Shown: piece by piece, positions 55,388 to 63,817 of the stretch
Numbering within the stretch: position 1 is the first letter of the stretch
Layout: each line of letters starts with the position of its first letter
Assembly: GCA_963520865.1 (NCBI GenBank)
Contig: CAUQST010000009.1
Location: 17,557-81,556 of the forward strand
Length of the DNA stretch: 64,000 nt
Direction: 5' to 3'
Origin: an uncultured Comamonas sp.
GTDB taxonomy: Bacteria > Pseudomonadota > Gammaproteobacteria > Burkholderiales > Burkholderiaceae_C
Translations under genes and position numbers: made by a program
Notes under the pieces: model-generated
Seen by the model: the letters and a program-made list of their open reading frames with translations, nothing else
Databases searched by the model: none
Told to the model about the DNA's origin: nothing

Positions 55388-55401
55388 TTGATTCAAGTCA
55401 A
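55388..55401. promoter_or_regulatory. FNR/Anr-type box TTGATtcaaGTCAA upstream of hemN
   Basis: 9/10 to TTGAT-N4-ATCAA. Its centre is 59.5 nt upstream of the hemN ATG (55454) and 42 bp from the second duplicated box. Confidence 0.65.
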
Positions 55402-55453
55402 GGATAAACGTGGCTTATTGTTGCAAAGTAGGGGCAACAAGGAAAAAAGATTC

Positions 55454-56833
55454 ATGACTGTAGTCACCCCCGAACTCTTGCGACGCTATGACGTGCCTGG
55501 TCCACGCTATACCTCTTACCCCACTGCTGACAGGTTTGTGGAGGCATTTGGTGATGATGACTATATCTTGGCGTTGAAGCAGCGCAAAGTGACAGCTGCG
55601 GCAAAACAGCCAATGTCGCTCTACGTGCACATTCCTTTTTGTGAATCCCTGTGTTACTACTGCGCCTGCAACAAGATTATTACCAAGCACCATGAGCGTG
55701 CTGTCACCTACATGCGCTATTTGGAGCGCGAGGTGGATTTGCACCTGCAGCACTGTGGTCGCGGGCAGGTTGTCAGTCAGTTTCACGTAGGTGGGGGCAC
55801 GCCCACCTTCCTTACGGATGAAGAGTTGCGTGAGCTGTGGCACATGCTGGGTCAGCGCTTTGAATTTGACCCGGCTGGAGAATATTCGATTGAAGTAGAT
55901 CCAAGGACGGTGACGCGTGAGCGCTTGGCTGTGCTCAAAGAGATTGGCTTTAACCGCCTTAGCTTTGGGGTGCAGGATTTTGATCCTGAGGTTCAAAAAG
56001 CTGTACATCGTGAACAGCCTGCGGAGCAGGTGTTTGATCTGGTGGCGGCATCGCGTGAACTTGGTTTTGAGTCGATCAACGTTGATTTGATTTACGGCTT
56101 GCCCAAGCAAAACGCAGAGTCATTTGCTCGTACGTTGAAGCAGGTTGCGGCATTGCGTCCAGATCGGATTGCCCTGTATGCCTATGCGCATTTGCCGGAG
56201 CGTTTTAAGCCGCAGCGCCGTATCCTGCAAGAAGACCTTCCTTCTGCACCCGACAAAGTGGGCATGCTGTCTTCTTCCATCGCTAGCTTCATCGAGGCAG
56301 GCTACGTGTATGTGGGGATGGATCACTTTGCATTGCCTGAAGATGCCTTGGCGATTGCCAAGCGCCAAGGACGTCTGCACCGTAATTTCCAGGGCTATAG
56401 CACGCAACCGGATTGCGATTTGATTGCACTGGGCGTGTCTGCGATTGGTCGTGTTGGCGCCACTTACAGCCAGAATGCGAAGACCTTGGAAGAGTATTAC
56501 GACTTGCTGGACCAAGATCGTCTGCCTGTTGTCCGTGGTTTGGCGTTGACGCGGGATGACACCATTCGTCGGGCCGTGATCATGACCATCATGTGCCAAG
56601 GCGAAGTGCTTTATGAATCCATTAACAGCGCTTGGCTGATCGATTTTAAAAAGTACTTCGCGTCAGAGATTGAAGCGCTGGCTTCTCAGCAAGAAGAGGG
56701 TCTTGTTGAAATCTTGGATGACTGCATCAAGGTGACAGCCAAAGGCTGGTTCTTTGTGCGCGGTGTTGCCCTGGTGTTTGACCGTTATTTGCAAGCAGAC
56801 CGCAACCGCGCAAGGTTCTCGCGGATCATCTGA
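55454..56833 (+). CDS. hemN: oxygen-independent coproporphyrinogen III oxidase (radical SAM)
   Basis: MTVVTPELLRRYDVPGPRYTSYPTA, the radical-SAM cluster PFCESLCYYCACN, and GGGTPTFL. ATG at 55454. The ORF-track start at 55361 lies inside the tandem repeat. Confidence 0.93.
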   Translation: MTVVTPELLRRYDVPGPRYTSYPTADRFVEAFGDDDYILALKQRKVTAAAKQPMSLYVHIPFCESLCYYCACNKIITKHHERAVTYMRYLEREVDLHLQHCGRGQVVSQFHVGGGTPTFLTDEELRELWHMLGQRFEFDPAGEYSIEVDPRTVTRERLAVLKEIGFNRLSFGVQDFDPEVQKAVHREQPAEQVFDLVAASRELGFESINVDLIYGLPKQNAESFARTLKQVAALRPDRIALYAYAHLPERFKPQRRILQEDLPSAPDKVGMLSSSIASFIEAGYVYVGMDHFALPEDALAIAKRQGRLHRNFQGYSTQPDCDLIALGVSAIGRVGATYSQNAKTLEEYYDLLDQDRLPVVRGLALTRDDTIRRAVIMTIMCQGEVLYESINSAWLIDFKKYFASEIEALASQQEEGLVEILDDCIKVTAKGWFFVRGVALVFDRYLQADRNRARFSRII

Positions 56834-56838
56834 TCCTT

Positions 56839-57552
56839 ATGGCATTTTCACTGGTCTGGACTGCATTTTTCATGGGGCTCGTAGGGGGGCCTCATTGTCT
56901 TGCTATGTGTGCAGCTCCTTGCCATGCAGTGATACATGGGCATCAAAAAGCCGTGCAAATGCACAGCATGCAGCAGAACCATCCCGCCGCATTCAATTGG
57001 AGTGCATTCCAATTTCATATTGGTCGCCTGGTGGGTTATGGCCTGCTGGGTGCGCTTGCTGCATTGGCCATGGAGCAAATTGCATGGCTGTCTGATCGCA
57101 CGTCTGCTTTGCATCCAGTCTGGGTGCTCATGCATCTGGCTATTTTGGCGTGGGGCTTGCTGATGCTGTTTCAGGGGCAGCAACCAGTCTGGTTAGAGCG
57201 CGCTGGCAGGTCGATGTGGAAAAACGTGCAGCCGGTCTTGTCGATGCGCGGGGGGGGGCTTTTTGCGGGCATGGCTTGGACATTGCTGCCTTGCGGTTTG
57301 CTTTATTCCGCTATTTTGGTGGCAGCGCTCAGTGGAACCGCGTTGACAGGGGCAGTCAGCATGGTTGCTTTTGCTTGTGGGGGAGCGCTGTGGTTGATTG
57401 CTGCCCCTTATGCATGGCGCTGGCTGAGCGGGCGATTGAGCCTGGTGCGCTCTGGCTGGGGTGTGCGTGCAGCGGGGTTTATGCTGGTTGCCGTTTCTTT
57501 GTGGGCGCTGTGGATGGACTTGATTTATAAGCCATCTGTGTGGTGCCGCTAG
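56839..57552 (+). CDS. DsbD_2 / TauE-SafE-like membrane protein with an HCLAMC motif
   Basis: 237-aa polytopic ORF with N-terminal GLVGGPHCLAMCAAPC. The same gene type follows hemN in the P. aeruginosa anr-hemN region (recalled synteny). Confidence 0.7.
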   Translation: MAFSLVWTAFFMGLVGGPHCLAMCAAPCHAVIHGHQKAVQMHSMQQNHPAAFNWSAFQFHIGRLVGYGLLGALAALAMEQIAWLSDRTSALHPVWVLMHLAILAWGLLMLFQGQQPVWLERAGRSMWKNVQPVLSMRGGGLFAGMAWTLLPCGLLYSAILVAALSGTALTGAVSMVAFACGGALWLIAAPYAWRWLSGRLSLVRSGWGVRAAGFMLVAVSLWALWMDLIYKPSVWCR

Positions 57553-57589
57553 ATAGGCTGTCGCTGTGTGAGGGGTTGCTGAAAAGCAG

Positions 57590-57772
57590 TGAAAGGTGTC
57601 TGCAAAGCCACCGGACCCTCAACCTGAACCGGGGGTTCAGGTGGGCGAGAGCAGCCCAGCGTTGGGTTCGTCTAACGCGAGACGATCGCGCTTGCTAGGC
57701 AATGTATCAAGCCCGTGCTCAATGAGCATTGGTTCAAGGTAATATAAAGCCCGGCGGTTTGCAGACAAGCTC
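57590..57772 (-). ncRNA. ssrS: 6S RNA
   Basis: It lies immediately downstream of zapA on the same strand, the conserved zapA-ssrS synteny. The closing stem is GUCUGCAAACCGCCGG (57751-57766) paired with CCGGUGGCUUUGCAGAC (57598-57614). The 3'-side hairpin ACCUGAACCCCCGGUUCAGGU is analogous to the E. coli CCUUGAACCAAGGGUUCAAGG, and CCUUGAACCAAUG is present on the 5' side. The ends are approximate. Confidence 0.75.
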
Positions 57773-57776
57773 GATT

Positions 57777-58304
57777 TTACAGAATTTTTGATGCGGGTTG
57801 CACCAAGTCCATGTGCATGTCGTTGTCTAAGTTGGCCGTAACCGTTTCCATATCAGCACTGGCTGTAGATGCCACATTCAGTGACTCCTGATTTGCTGTT
57901 TCATCCGGATTGGTTGCGGTTGTGATGGTGGTTTCACTGTCCAGCACCTGATTCAAACGTTGCAGCAACTGATCTGCGGCTTTGAGATCGTGGGCGGCTT
58001 GTAACTCCAGGCTGTTCAAGCGTTGCGCATCAATTTCTAAATCATTGCTTGGCGCTGTGCCTTGCTGGGTTGCCAGCTGTTGTTGGAGTGCCTGAAGCTG
58101 GTGGCGTAGTTCCAGATTTTCATAGGCCAGGTTCACGGCCAGCAAAACACCCACACGCTCACGCGAGCGCAGTTTGCTGTTGTCGCGCATTTGCTGGAAC
58201 TGCTGGTCAACGCGTTCCACTGCCTCCATCAACTGTGCCTCATGGCCGTCAGGGCAGGTGAGCAGGTAGTCTTGGTGCAGGATTTGAATTTCTAACTGGC
58301 TCAC
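57777..58304 (-). CDS. zapA: cell division protein ZapA (with a long acidic/Thr-rich C-terminal extension)
   Basis: MSQLEIQILHQDYLLTCPDGHEAQLMEAVERVDQQFQQMRDNSKLRSRERVGVLLAVNLAYE is the ZapA fold signature. The total is 175 aa, against about 105-110 typically. Confidence 0.85.
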   Translation of the reverse strand: MSQLEIQILHQDYLLTCPDGHEAQLMEAVERVDQQFQQMRDNSKLRSRERVGVLLAVNLAYENLELRHQLQALQQQLATQQGTAPSNDLEIDAQRLNSLELQAAHDLKAADQLLQRLNQVLDSETTITTATNPDETANQESLNVASTASADMETVTANLDNDMHMDLVQPASKIL

Positions 58305-58513
58305 GGGGTCTCCTGATTGGCAGGCAGACGTTCAATCAAGTCACCCACGCGTGCGCGCGCTGCCTTTAAGCGCGAACGTAGCGAATCTCGCTCTTTATGC
58401 AAAGCTTCAATCTCTTGGTTGAGCAAGTGATTGGCGTGTTGCAGCGCTTCATACTTTTTTAGTAGCAGTTCTACGCGCTCAGCAATGGGCTCAAGAATAG
58501 ATGGTGTCGTCAT
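58301..58513 (-). CDS. small coiled-coil protein (ZapB-like / TIGR02449-type) upstream of zapA
   Basis: MTTPSILEPIAERVELLLKKYEALQHANHLLNQEIEALHKERDSLRSRLKAARARVGDLIERL is a heptad coiled coil whose stop overlaps the zapA start. I prefer the ATG at 58513 over the GTG at 58540. Confidence 0.7.
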   Translation of the reverse strand: MTTPSILEPIAERVELLLKKYEALQHANHLLNQEIEALHKERDSLRSRLKAARARVGDLIERLPANQETP

Positions 58514-58711
58514 GGATTGCTCTAATTGTAGGACTGCCACTTTGGCGTGAATTGCAAATTTATGGCAGATGACAAGATATAGCTACCTGAGCTTGTTTCA
58601 AGCTGTCAATGAGTCGCTGTTTTACGTTGCTGAGTCAGATGCCATGTTGTTCACGCGCAATCATGCTTGGTGCCGAGTCTTGTCTGCGCCGTTAGAATTG
58701 GCGTCTCAAAT

Positions 58712-58941
58712 GTTGGTGCTCGCAACTTGGTTCACAAGTTTGCAGTTCAACGGGAAGCAGGGTGATGGTGCTGGCCTTCAGTACCACCTAGCCTGCGCTG
58801 CCCCCGCAACGGTGAGTTCTTAGCGTTAGTCATACGCTCACCCATCATTTAAGCCACTGAATGCCTTGAACAAGCATTTGGGAAGGCGATGGCGTTGATG
58901 AACCAGCCCGGATACCGGCCAACACAGGTGTGTCTTTTTTT
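58712..58941 (+). promoter_or_regulatory. cobalamin (adenosylcobalamin) riboswitch in the btuB leader
   Basis: Conserved cores seen: AACGGGAAGCAGGGTGA (58749-58765), GCGCTGCCCCCGCAACGGTGAG (58794-58815), GCCACTGaatgcc...GGGAAGGCG (58853-58888), and the B12 box AGCCCGGATACCGGCC (58905-58920), followed by a T7 run (58935-58941). Downstream lie btuB and cobalamin salvage genes. The 5' boundary is approximate. Confidence 0.85.
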
Positions 58942-59008
58942 GATGGACATGGTATTACCCATTGCTGGCGGGGAGGTCAGTACGGGTGGATTTCTCTGAA
59001 TTTCTCAA

Positions 59009-60847
59009 ATGAGTTTGTTTGAACAACGACGCTTGTGCGTCGCGTCGTCGTGTGCCCTGCGCCCTGTGAGCTTGGCGGTTTTCTTGGCTGCAGCACCGTG
59101 GATTTCGTCCATCGCTGCTTCGATGGATGAGGTGGTCGTCTCAGCCACACGCACTGAACAGCGTTTGTCAGATGTGCTGGCGGACATGACGGTGGTTGGT
59201 CACGAGGAAATTGAACGCAGTGGCTTCAGCGATCTGGCGACGATCTTGGCACGTCAGCCAGGTGTTCAGCTGGTACGTACCGGTGGTATGGGCTCGAGCA
59301 CCAGTTTGTTTATGCGAGGCGCTAACAACCAGCACACAGCCGTATTTGTGGATGGGATTCGGGTGGACTCGCAGTCCACAAGTGGCGGTATGGACTGGCA
59401 GACCATTCCAGTGGCGAGCATTGATCGCGTGGAGATACTGCGCGGACCAGCGGCCGCTGTATATGGCTCTGATGCCGTGGCAGGCGTGATTCAGATTTTC
59501 ACTAAAAAGGGTGAAACCGGTTTCTTGCCGCATATTGCGATTGGTTTCGGCAACCAAGGTACCCGCAAGGCAGATGCCGGGCTGTCAGGGGGGCAAGGCG
59601 CGTGGGACTACGCAGTCGGCGTGCAAACCGAGCGCACTGATGGTTTCGATGCAAAGACGACTGCCACCAGCAACCCGGATAAAGATGACTATCGGCTGCA
59701 TGCAGCCAACGCGAAGTTGGGGTTGCAGCTGAACCGCGACCATCGCTTGGAAGCCACGGCGTTAACCAGCCAGTCCAATAGTGGCTACGACTCCACGCTG
59801 GCAGATGATCGAAGCAAGCGCAAGCTGGAAACTTTGGGGCTGTCATGGGCTGCGCAATGGAGCCCGCTCTTGTCTAGCCGCATTTCCGTGAGTGAATCGA
59901 ATGTGGAGTACGAGACCGTAACCAAGAGTCCGAGCTACACCGAGACACAGCTGCGTAATTATTTGTGGCAAAACGTTTTCAAGCATGGCAATGCAACGTT
60001 GACGGCCAATTTAGAGCGCCGTGAAGACAATTTGCAAAACAAGGATCTGGACGTGTCTCAGCGGGAACGTTCGCAAAATGCGCTGGCCCTGGGCTGGGGT
60101 TACCAGGGCAGTGTTCATTCGCTGCAATTGAATGTTCGCCACGACGATGACAGTGAATTTGGCGGGCAGAACACGGGCAGTGCGGCATACGGGCTGGCGT
60201 TGTCTCCCGCATGGCGTGCAACGGTCTCTGCGGGCACTTCTTTCCGTGCGCCCACGCTGTATCAGCGCTTTCACCGCATTTATGGCTCTGCTTCCCTGCA
60301 GCCCGAAGAAGGCAAAAATGCCGAAGTCGGATTGCATTGGAAGCAGGGTGATGACAGCTTCTCTATGGTGGCCTATCGCAACCGTTTGACAAACCTCATT
60401 GAATACAACAGCAGCAGTAAAAAATACCAGAATGTTGCGCAGGCGGAGCTGCAGGGCATCACCTTTGCCGCTGCGACACGCTGGCTGGATGTGGACTGGA
60501 CGGCATCTGTCGATTTTCAAACACCACGCAATCAAGAGACGGGACGCATCCTGGATCGACGAGCCAAGCGTTACGCCAATGTCAGTGCATATAAGCAGTG
60601 GCTGGGCTGGATGCTTGGCGCGGAGATGCAGCTGGTTAGCAAGCGCAGTGAATTTGATTCCAAGAACAAGCGGTATGACTGGGCGGGCTATGGCTTGTTC
60701 AATCTGTCGGCTTCGAAGTCAATTGCCAGAGATTTCACGTTGACAGCACGTGTCGACAATTTGATGGATCGCGATTACGTGCTTGCCAAAGATTACGCAG
60801 CGGCAGGGCGCACTTTCTATGTGGGTCTTAAGTGGATGCCTCAGTAA
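59009..60847 (+). CDS. btuB: TonB-dependent vitamin B12/cobalamin outer-membrane receptor
   Basis: 612 aa with a signal peptide, a TonB box (DEVVVSATRTEQ), a plug domain (GMGSSTSLFMRGANNQHTAVFVDGIRV, VEILRGPAAAVYGSDAVAGVIQI) and a C-terminal beta-barrel ending in an aromatic-rich motif. It sits behind a cobalamin riboswitch. Confidence 0.9.
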   Translation: MSLFEQRRLCVASSCALRPVSLAVFLAAAPWISSIAASMDEVVVSATRTEQRLSDVLADMTVVGHEEIERSGFSDLATILARQPGVQLVRTGGMGSSTSLFMRGANNQHTAVFVDGIRVDSQSTSGGMDWQTIPVASIDRVEILRGPAAAVYGSDAVAGVIQIFTKKGETGFLPHIAIGFGNQGTRKADAGLSGGQGAWDYAVGVQTERTDGFDAKTTATSNPDKDDYRLHAANAKLGLQLNRDHRLEATALTSQSNSGYDSTLADDRSKRKLETLGLSWAAQWSPLLSSRISVSESNVEYETVTKSPSYTETQLRNYLWQNVFKHGNATLTANLERREDNLQNKDLDVSQRERSQNALALGWGYQGSVHSLQLNVRHDDDSEFGGQNTGSAAYGLALSPAWRATVSAGTSFRAPTLYQRFHRIYGSASLQPEEGKNAEVGLHWKQGDDSFSMVAYRNRLTNLIEYNSSSKKYQNVAQAELQGITFAAATRWLDVDWTASVDFQTPRNQETGRILDRRAKRYANVSAYKQWLGWMLGAEMQLVSKRSEFDSKNKRYDWAGYGLFNLSASKSIARDFTLTARVDNLMDRDYVLAKDYAAAGRTFYVGLKWMPQ

Positions 60848-60911
60848 CTTAGCAAGGGCTGAATGCAGCGAGGCCTGCTGACATGCCTCGCTGCGAAACA
60901 AACAAGAGCGT

Positions 60912-62300
60912 ATGAATTCTTCTCTTTCCTCTCACCGCTGTGTGGCATTGCTGGTGGCTGCGCCAGCCTCTGGGCAGGGCAAAACCACAGTGACCGCTGC
61001 TTTGGCGTGCTGGCATACGCGGCAAGGACGCCGCGTGCGAGTGTTCAAGTGCGGGCCTGATTTTCTCGATCCTTACTGGCACCAACTGGCCAGCGGCGCG
61101 ACGGTGCACAACCTGGACGGCTGGATGGTCGGGATGGATGAAGTGCGTGCGCGCTTGTCAGCGGCAGCGGCAGAAGCTGACGTCATCTTGATTGAAGGCG
61201 TAATGGGGTTGTTTGATGGCAGTCCAACAGCGGCAGATCTGGCGGTGCAGTTGGGCATTCCTGTATTGCTGGTGGTTGATGCATCAGCCATGGCAGGCAG
61301 CTTTGGTGCCTTGGTGCTGGGCATGCAGCAGTACCAGCCTGACGTGCCTTGGGCGGGTGTGGTGGCCAATCGTGTGGGCAGCAGCATGCACGCACAGATG
61401 CTGCAAAACAGCCTGCGTGATCCAGCGTTGTGGCTGGGGGCGGTACAGCGGATGGGTGCAGGCAAAGATGCTCAGCTGCTGCCCGAGCGGCATTTGGGCC
61501 TGGTGGCAGCGCATGAGCTGCCTGATGCCATGGCGCGGCTGAATGCGGCCGCCGATGCGCTGGCTGAAACCCCGTTGGGGCAGATGGACTGGACAGATTG
61601 GCAGCGCTGGTCGGTGGAGTTTTCAGTGCCGGCCGATGGTGCAGTCACGCCACCGGAGCCTTGGTTGCAAGGGCGCACAGTGGCCGTTGCCAGTGATGCG
61701 GCGTTTAGTTTTATCTACCCTGCAAATCTGGACTGTTTGCATGCGATGGGGGCCAACCTGGCTTTCTTCTCCCCCTTGGCGGGTGAGGGGCTGCCTGCGT
61801 GCGATGCTGTGTGGCTGCCTGGTGGCTACCCAGAGTTGCATGGCGATAAATTGATGGCCAACGTGGCGCTGCAGGCTGATTTGCTCACCCATGTGCAAGC
61901 GGGCAAACCTGTCTGGGCAGAATGCGGCGGCATGCTGGCGCTGGGCCATGGCATTGCTGATGCGCAAGGTGAGCATTCGCCCATGTGGGGCATTGTGCCG
62001 GGCACTGCACAGATGCAGCCACGCCTTGCAGGTCTGGGCATGCAGCAATGTGCGCTGCAAGCGGGCGTGCTGCGGGGGCACACCTTTCATTACTCGCGGT
62101 TTGTTTGCGAGGCCCCCGAAGTGGCACGCACCAGTCGCGCTAACCAACGTGTGCAGCCCGACAAGGGTGAAGCCATCTACCAGTACGGCAGCGTTTATGC
62201 CAGTTATTTTCATGCATGGTTTGCGTCGCACCCACGGGCTGTTGCTGCCTTGCTGGGGGCAGAAGCTGTGCAATGGGACGAACCCGTGCCGTCTGCATAA
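60912..62300 (+). CDS. cbiA: cobyrinate a,c-diamide synthase (CbiA/CobB family)
   Basis: 462 aa with a P-loop (APASGQGKTTVTAALA), FKCGPDFLDPYWH, and a C-terminal GATase domain (PVWAECGGMLALG, HTFHYS). Confidence 0.88.
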   Translation: MNSSLSSHRCVALLVAAPASGQGKTTVTAALACWHTRQGRRVRVFKCGPDFLDPYWHQLASGATVHNLDGWMVGMDEVRARLSAAAAEADVILIEGVMGLFDGSPTAADLAVQLGIPVLLVVDASAMAGSFGALVLGMQQYQPDVPWAGVVANRVGSSMHAQMLQNSLRDPALWLGAVQRMGAGKDAQLLPERHLGLVAAHELPDAMARLNAAADALAETPLGQMDWTDWQRWSVEFSVPADGAVTPPEPWLQGRTVAVASDAAFSFIYPANLDCLHAMGANLAFFSPLAGEGLPACDAVWLPGGYPELHGDKLMANVALQADLLTHVQAGKPVWAECGGMLALGHGIADAQGEHSPMWGIVPGTAQMQPRLAGLGMQQCALQAGVLRGHTFHYSRFVCEAPEVARTSRANQRVQPDKGEAIYQYGSVYASYFHAWFASHPRAVAALLGAEAVQWDEPVPSA

Positions 62301-62312
62301 TCAGCGATTGAT

Positions 62313-62909
62313 ATGAATACTCTCAATAACAGCGCGAGCCAGCCTTGGCAGGAATTGATTCTAGGTGGCCAAAAAAGTGGCAAAACCCGCCGCGCAGAGC
62401 AGGCCGCACGCGCATGGATGGATGGTGCGCAGGGGCGTGCTGCGGTGTATGTGGCAACGGGCCAGGCTTGGGATGCTGAAATGCAGCAGCGCATTGAGCG
62501 CCACCAGGTTGACCGTGCAGCCCGTGTGCCGGGTATGCACACGGTAGAAGTGCCACGGCAGCTGGCGCAGGCATTGCAAACCCACAGCACACCCCAGACC
62601 TTGGTGGTTGTGGATTGTTTAACGCTGTGGCTGACCAATTGGATGATGCCTATGAACACTGATAGCCACGAAGACAATCAGCCGCCAGCCCATGACTGGA
62701 GCGCGCAACGTGCTTTGTTTTTAGATGTTCTGCCACGTTGCCCTGGTCCGGTGGTGGTGGTGGGCAATGAAATTGGTTTGGGCGTGATTCCCCTGGGCAA
62801 AGAGGTGCGTGCCTTTGTCGATGCCCTGGGGGCTTTGAACCAAGACGTGGCAAGCGTATGCAAGCGCGCTACTTTGATGGCGGCCGGATTGCCGTTGCAA
62901 CTGAAATGA
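62313..62909 (+). CDS. cobU: bifunctional adenosylcobinamide kinase / adenosylcobinamide-phosphate guanylyltransferase
   Basis: 198 aa with a P-loop (ILGGQKSGKTRRAE), DCLTLWLTN, and VVVGNEIGLGVIPLGKEVRAFVDALGALNQ. Confidence 0.88.
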   Translation: MNTLNNSASQPWQELILGGQKSGKTRRAEQAARAWMDGAQGRAAVYVATGQAWDAEMQQRIERHQVDRAARVPGMHTVEVPRQLAQALQTHSTPQTLVVVDCLTLWLTNWMMPMNTDSHEDNQPPAHDWSAQRALFLDVLPRCPGPVVVVGNEIGLGVIPLGKEVRAFVDALGALNQDVASVCKRATLMAAGLPLQLK

Positions 62910-63817
62910 TCAAATTCGTACGCACTGGCCTGGGTGTGGCTGCCATGGTGTGGGCGGCTGTACTGGGCAGCGCCCATGCGGCAGATGTCACGCTGGATGC
63001 ACAAAAAGATGACCGAGGCCGCCCGGTTGCCATGGCGCAGCCCCCGCAGCGTATTGTCAGTTTGCTGCCTTCGTTGACTGAAACCGTATGTGCCTTGGGT
63101 GCCTGCGACAAACTGGTTGGCGTGGATCGGTATTCCAACTGGCCTAAAACATTACAGAGCACGCTGCCCATACTGGGCGGTGGGCTAGACCCCAACGTGG
63201 AAGCGATTGTGGCGCTCAAACCCGACGTGGTTTTGCTGTCCAACTCTTCGCGGGTGGTTGAGCGGCTGGAGGCGCTGGGCTTGCGCACGGTGGCCCTGGA
63301 GCCCCGCACGCAGGCGGATGTACACCGTGTGCTGCACAGCATCGGTATGCTGCTGGGATTGCCGCCCGCGCAAGGCGCTGAGCGCGAGTGGCAGCGCTTG
63401 CAAGCCGGTGTGGATGCCGCTGCGCAGTCTGTGCCTGCGGCGGTGCAAGGCGCGCGTGTGTACTTTGAAGTCAGCCGCGGCCCATATGCGGCAGGCCCTT
63501 CCTCTTTTATTGGTGAGCTGCTCGCGCGCATGCACGTAGACAACGTGGTGCCCGCCGAGATGGGGCCTTTTCCCCGTTTGAATCCTGAATTTATTTTGCG
63601 TGCCCGACCCGATGTCATTTTGATGGGCAACTACAGCATGCAGCTGGCGCATGCCTATCCGGGCTGGGCGTCGCTGGAGGCTGTGAAGCATCGGCGTGTG
63701 TGCGCGTTTAATGCGGAAGAATCCACTACCGTCGTGCGCCCTGGCCCGCGCATGGATGAAGCGGCCCGCATCATTGCCCGTTGTTTGGCTGAGAAAGCAC
63801 CGCGCCGTGTCAATTAA
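62906..63817 (+). CDS. btuF: cobalamin/siderophore-type ABC transporter periplasmic binding protein (BtuF-like)
   Basis: The ATG at 62906 overlaps the cobU stop (ATGA). It has a signal peptide (MIKFVRTGLGVAAMVWAAVLGSAHA) and RIVSLLPSLTETVCALGACDKLVGVD (PBP type 8). The ORF-track start at 62858 lies inside cobU. Confidence 0.8.
   Translation: MIKFVRTGLGVAAMVWAAVLGSAHAADVTLDAQKDDRGRPVAMAQPPQRIVSLLPSLTETVCALGACDKLVGVDRYSNWPKTLQSTLPILGGGLDPNVEAIVALKPDVVLLSNSSRVVERLEALGLRTVALEPRTQADVHRVLHSIGMLLGLPPAQGAEREWQRLQAGVDAAAQSVPAAVQGARVYFEVSRGPYAAGPSSFIGELLARMHVDNVVPAEMGPFPRLNPEFILRARPDVILMGNYSMQLAHAYPGWASLEAVKHRRVCAFNAEESTTVVRPGPRMDEAARIIARCLAEKAPRRVN

Noticed and set aside
58569-58823. 84-aa plus-strand ORF in the zapB-btuB intergenic region.
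   Set aside because: It overlaps the conserved cores of the cobalamin riboswitch, has no SD, and its sequence shows no protein-like features.
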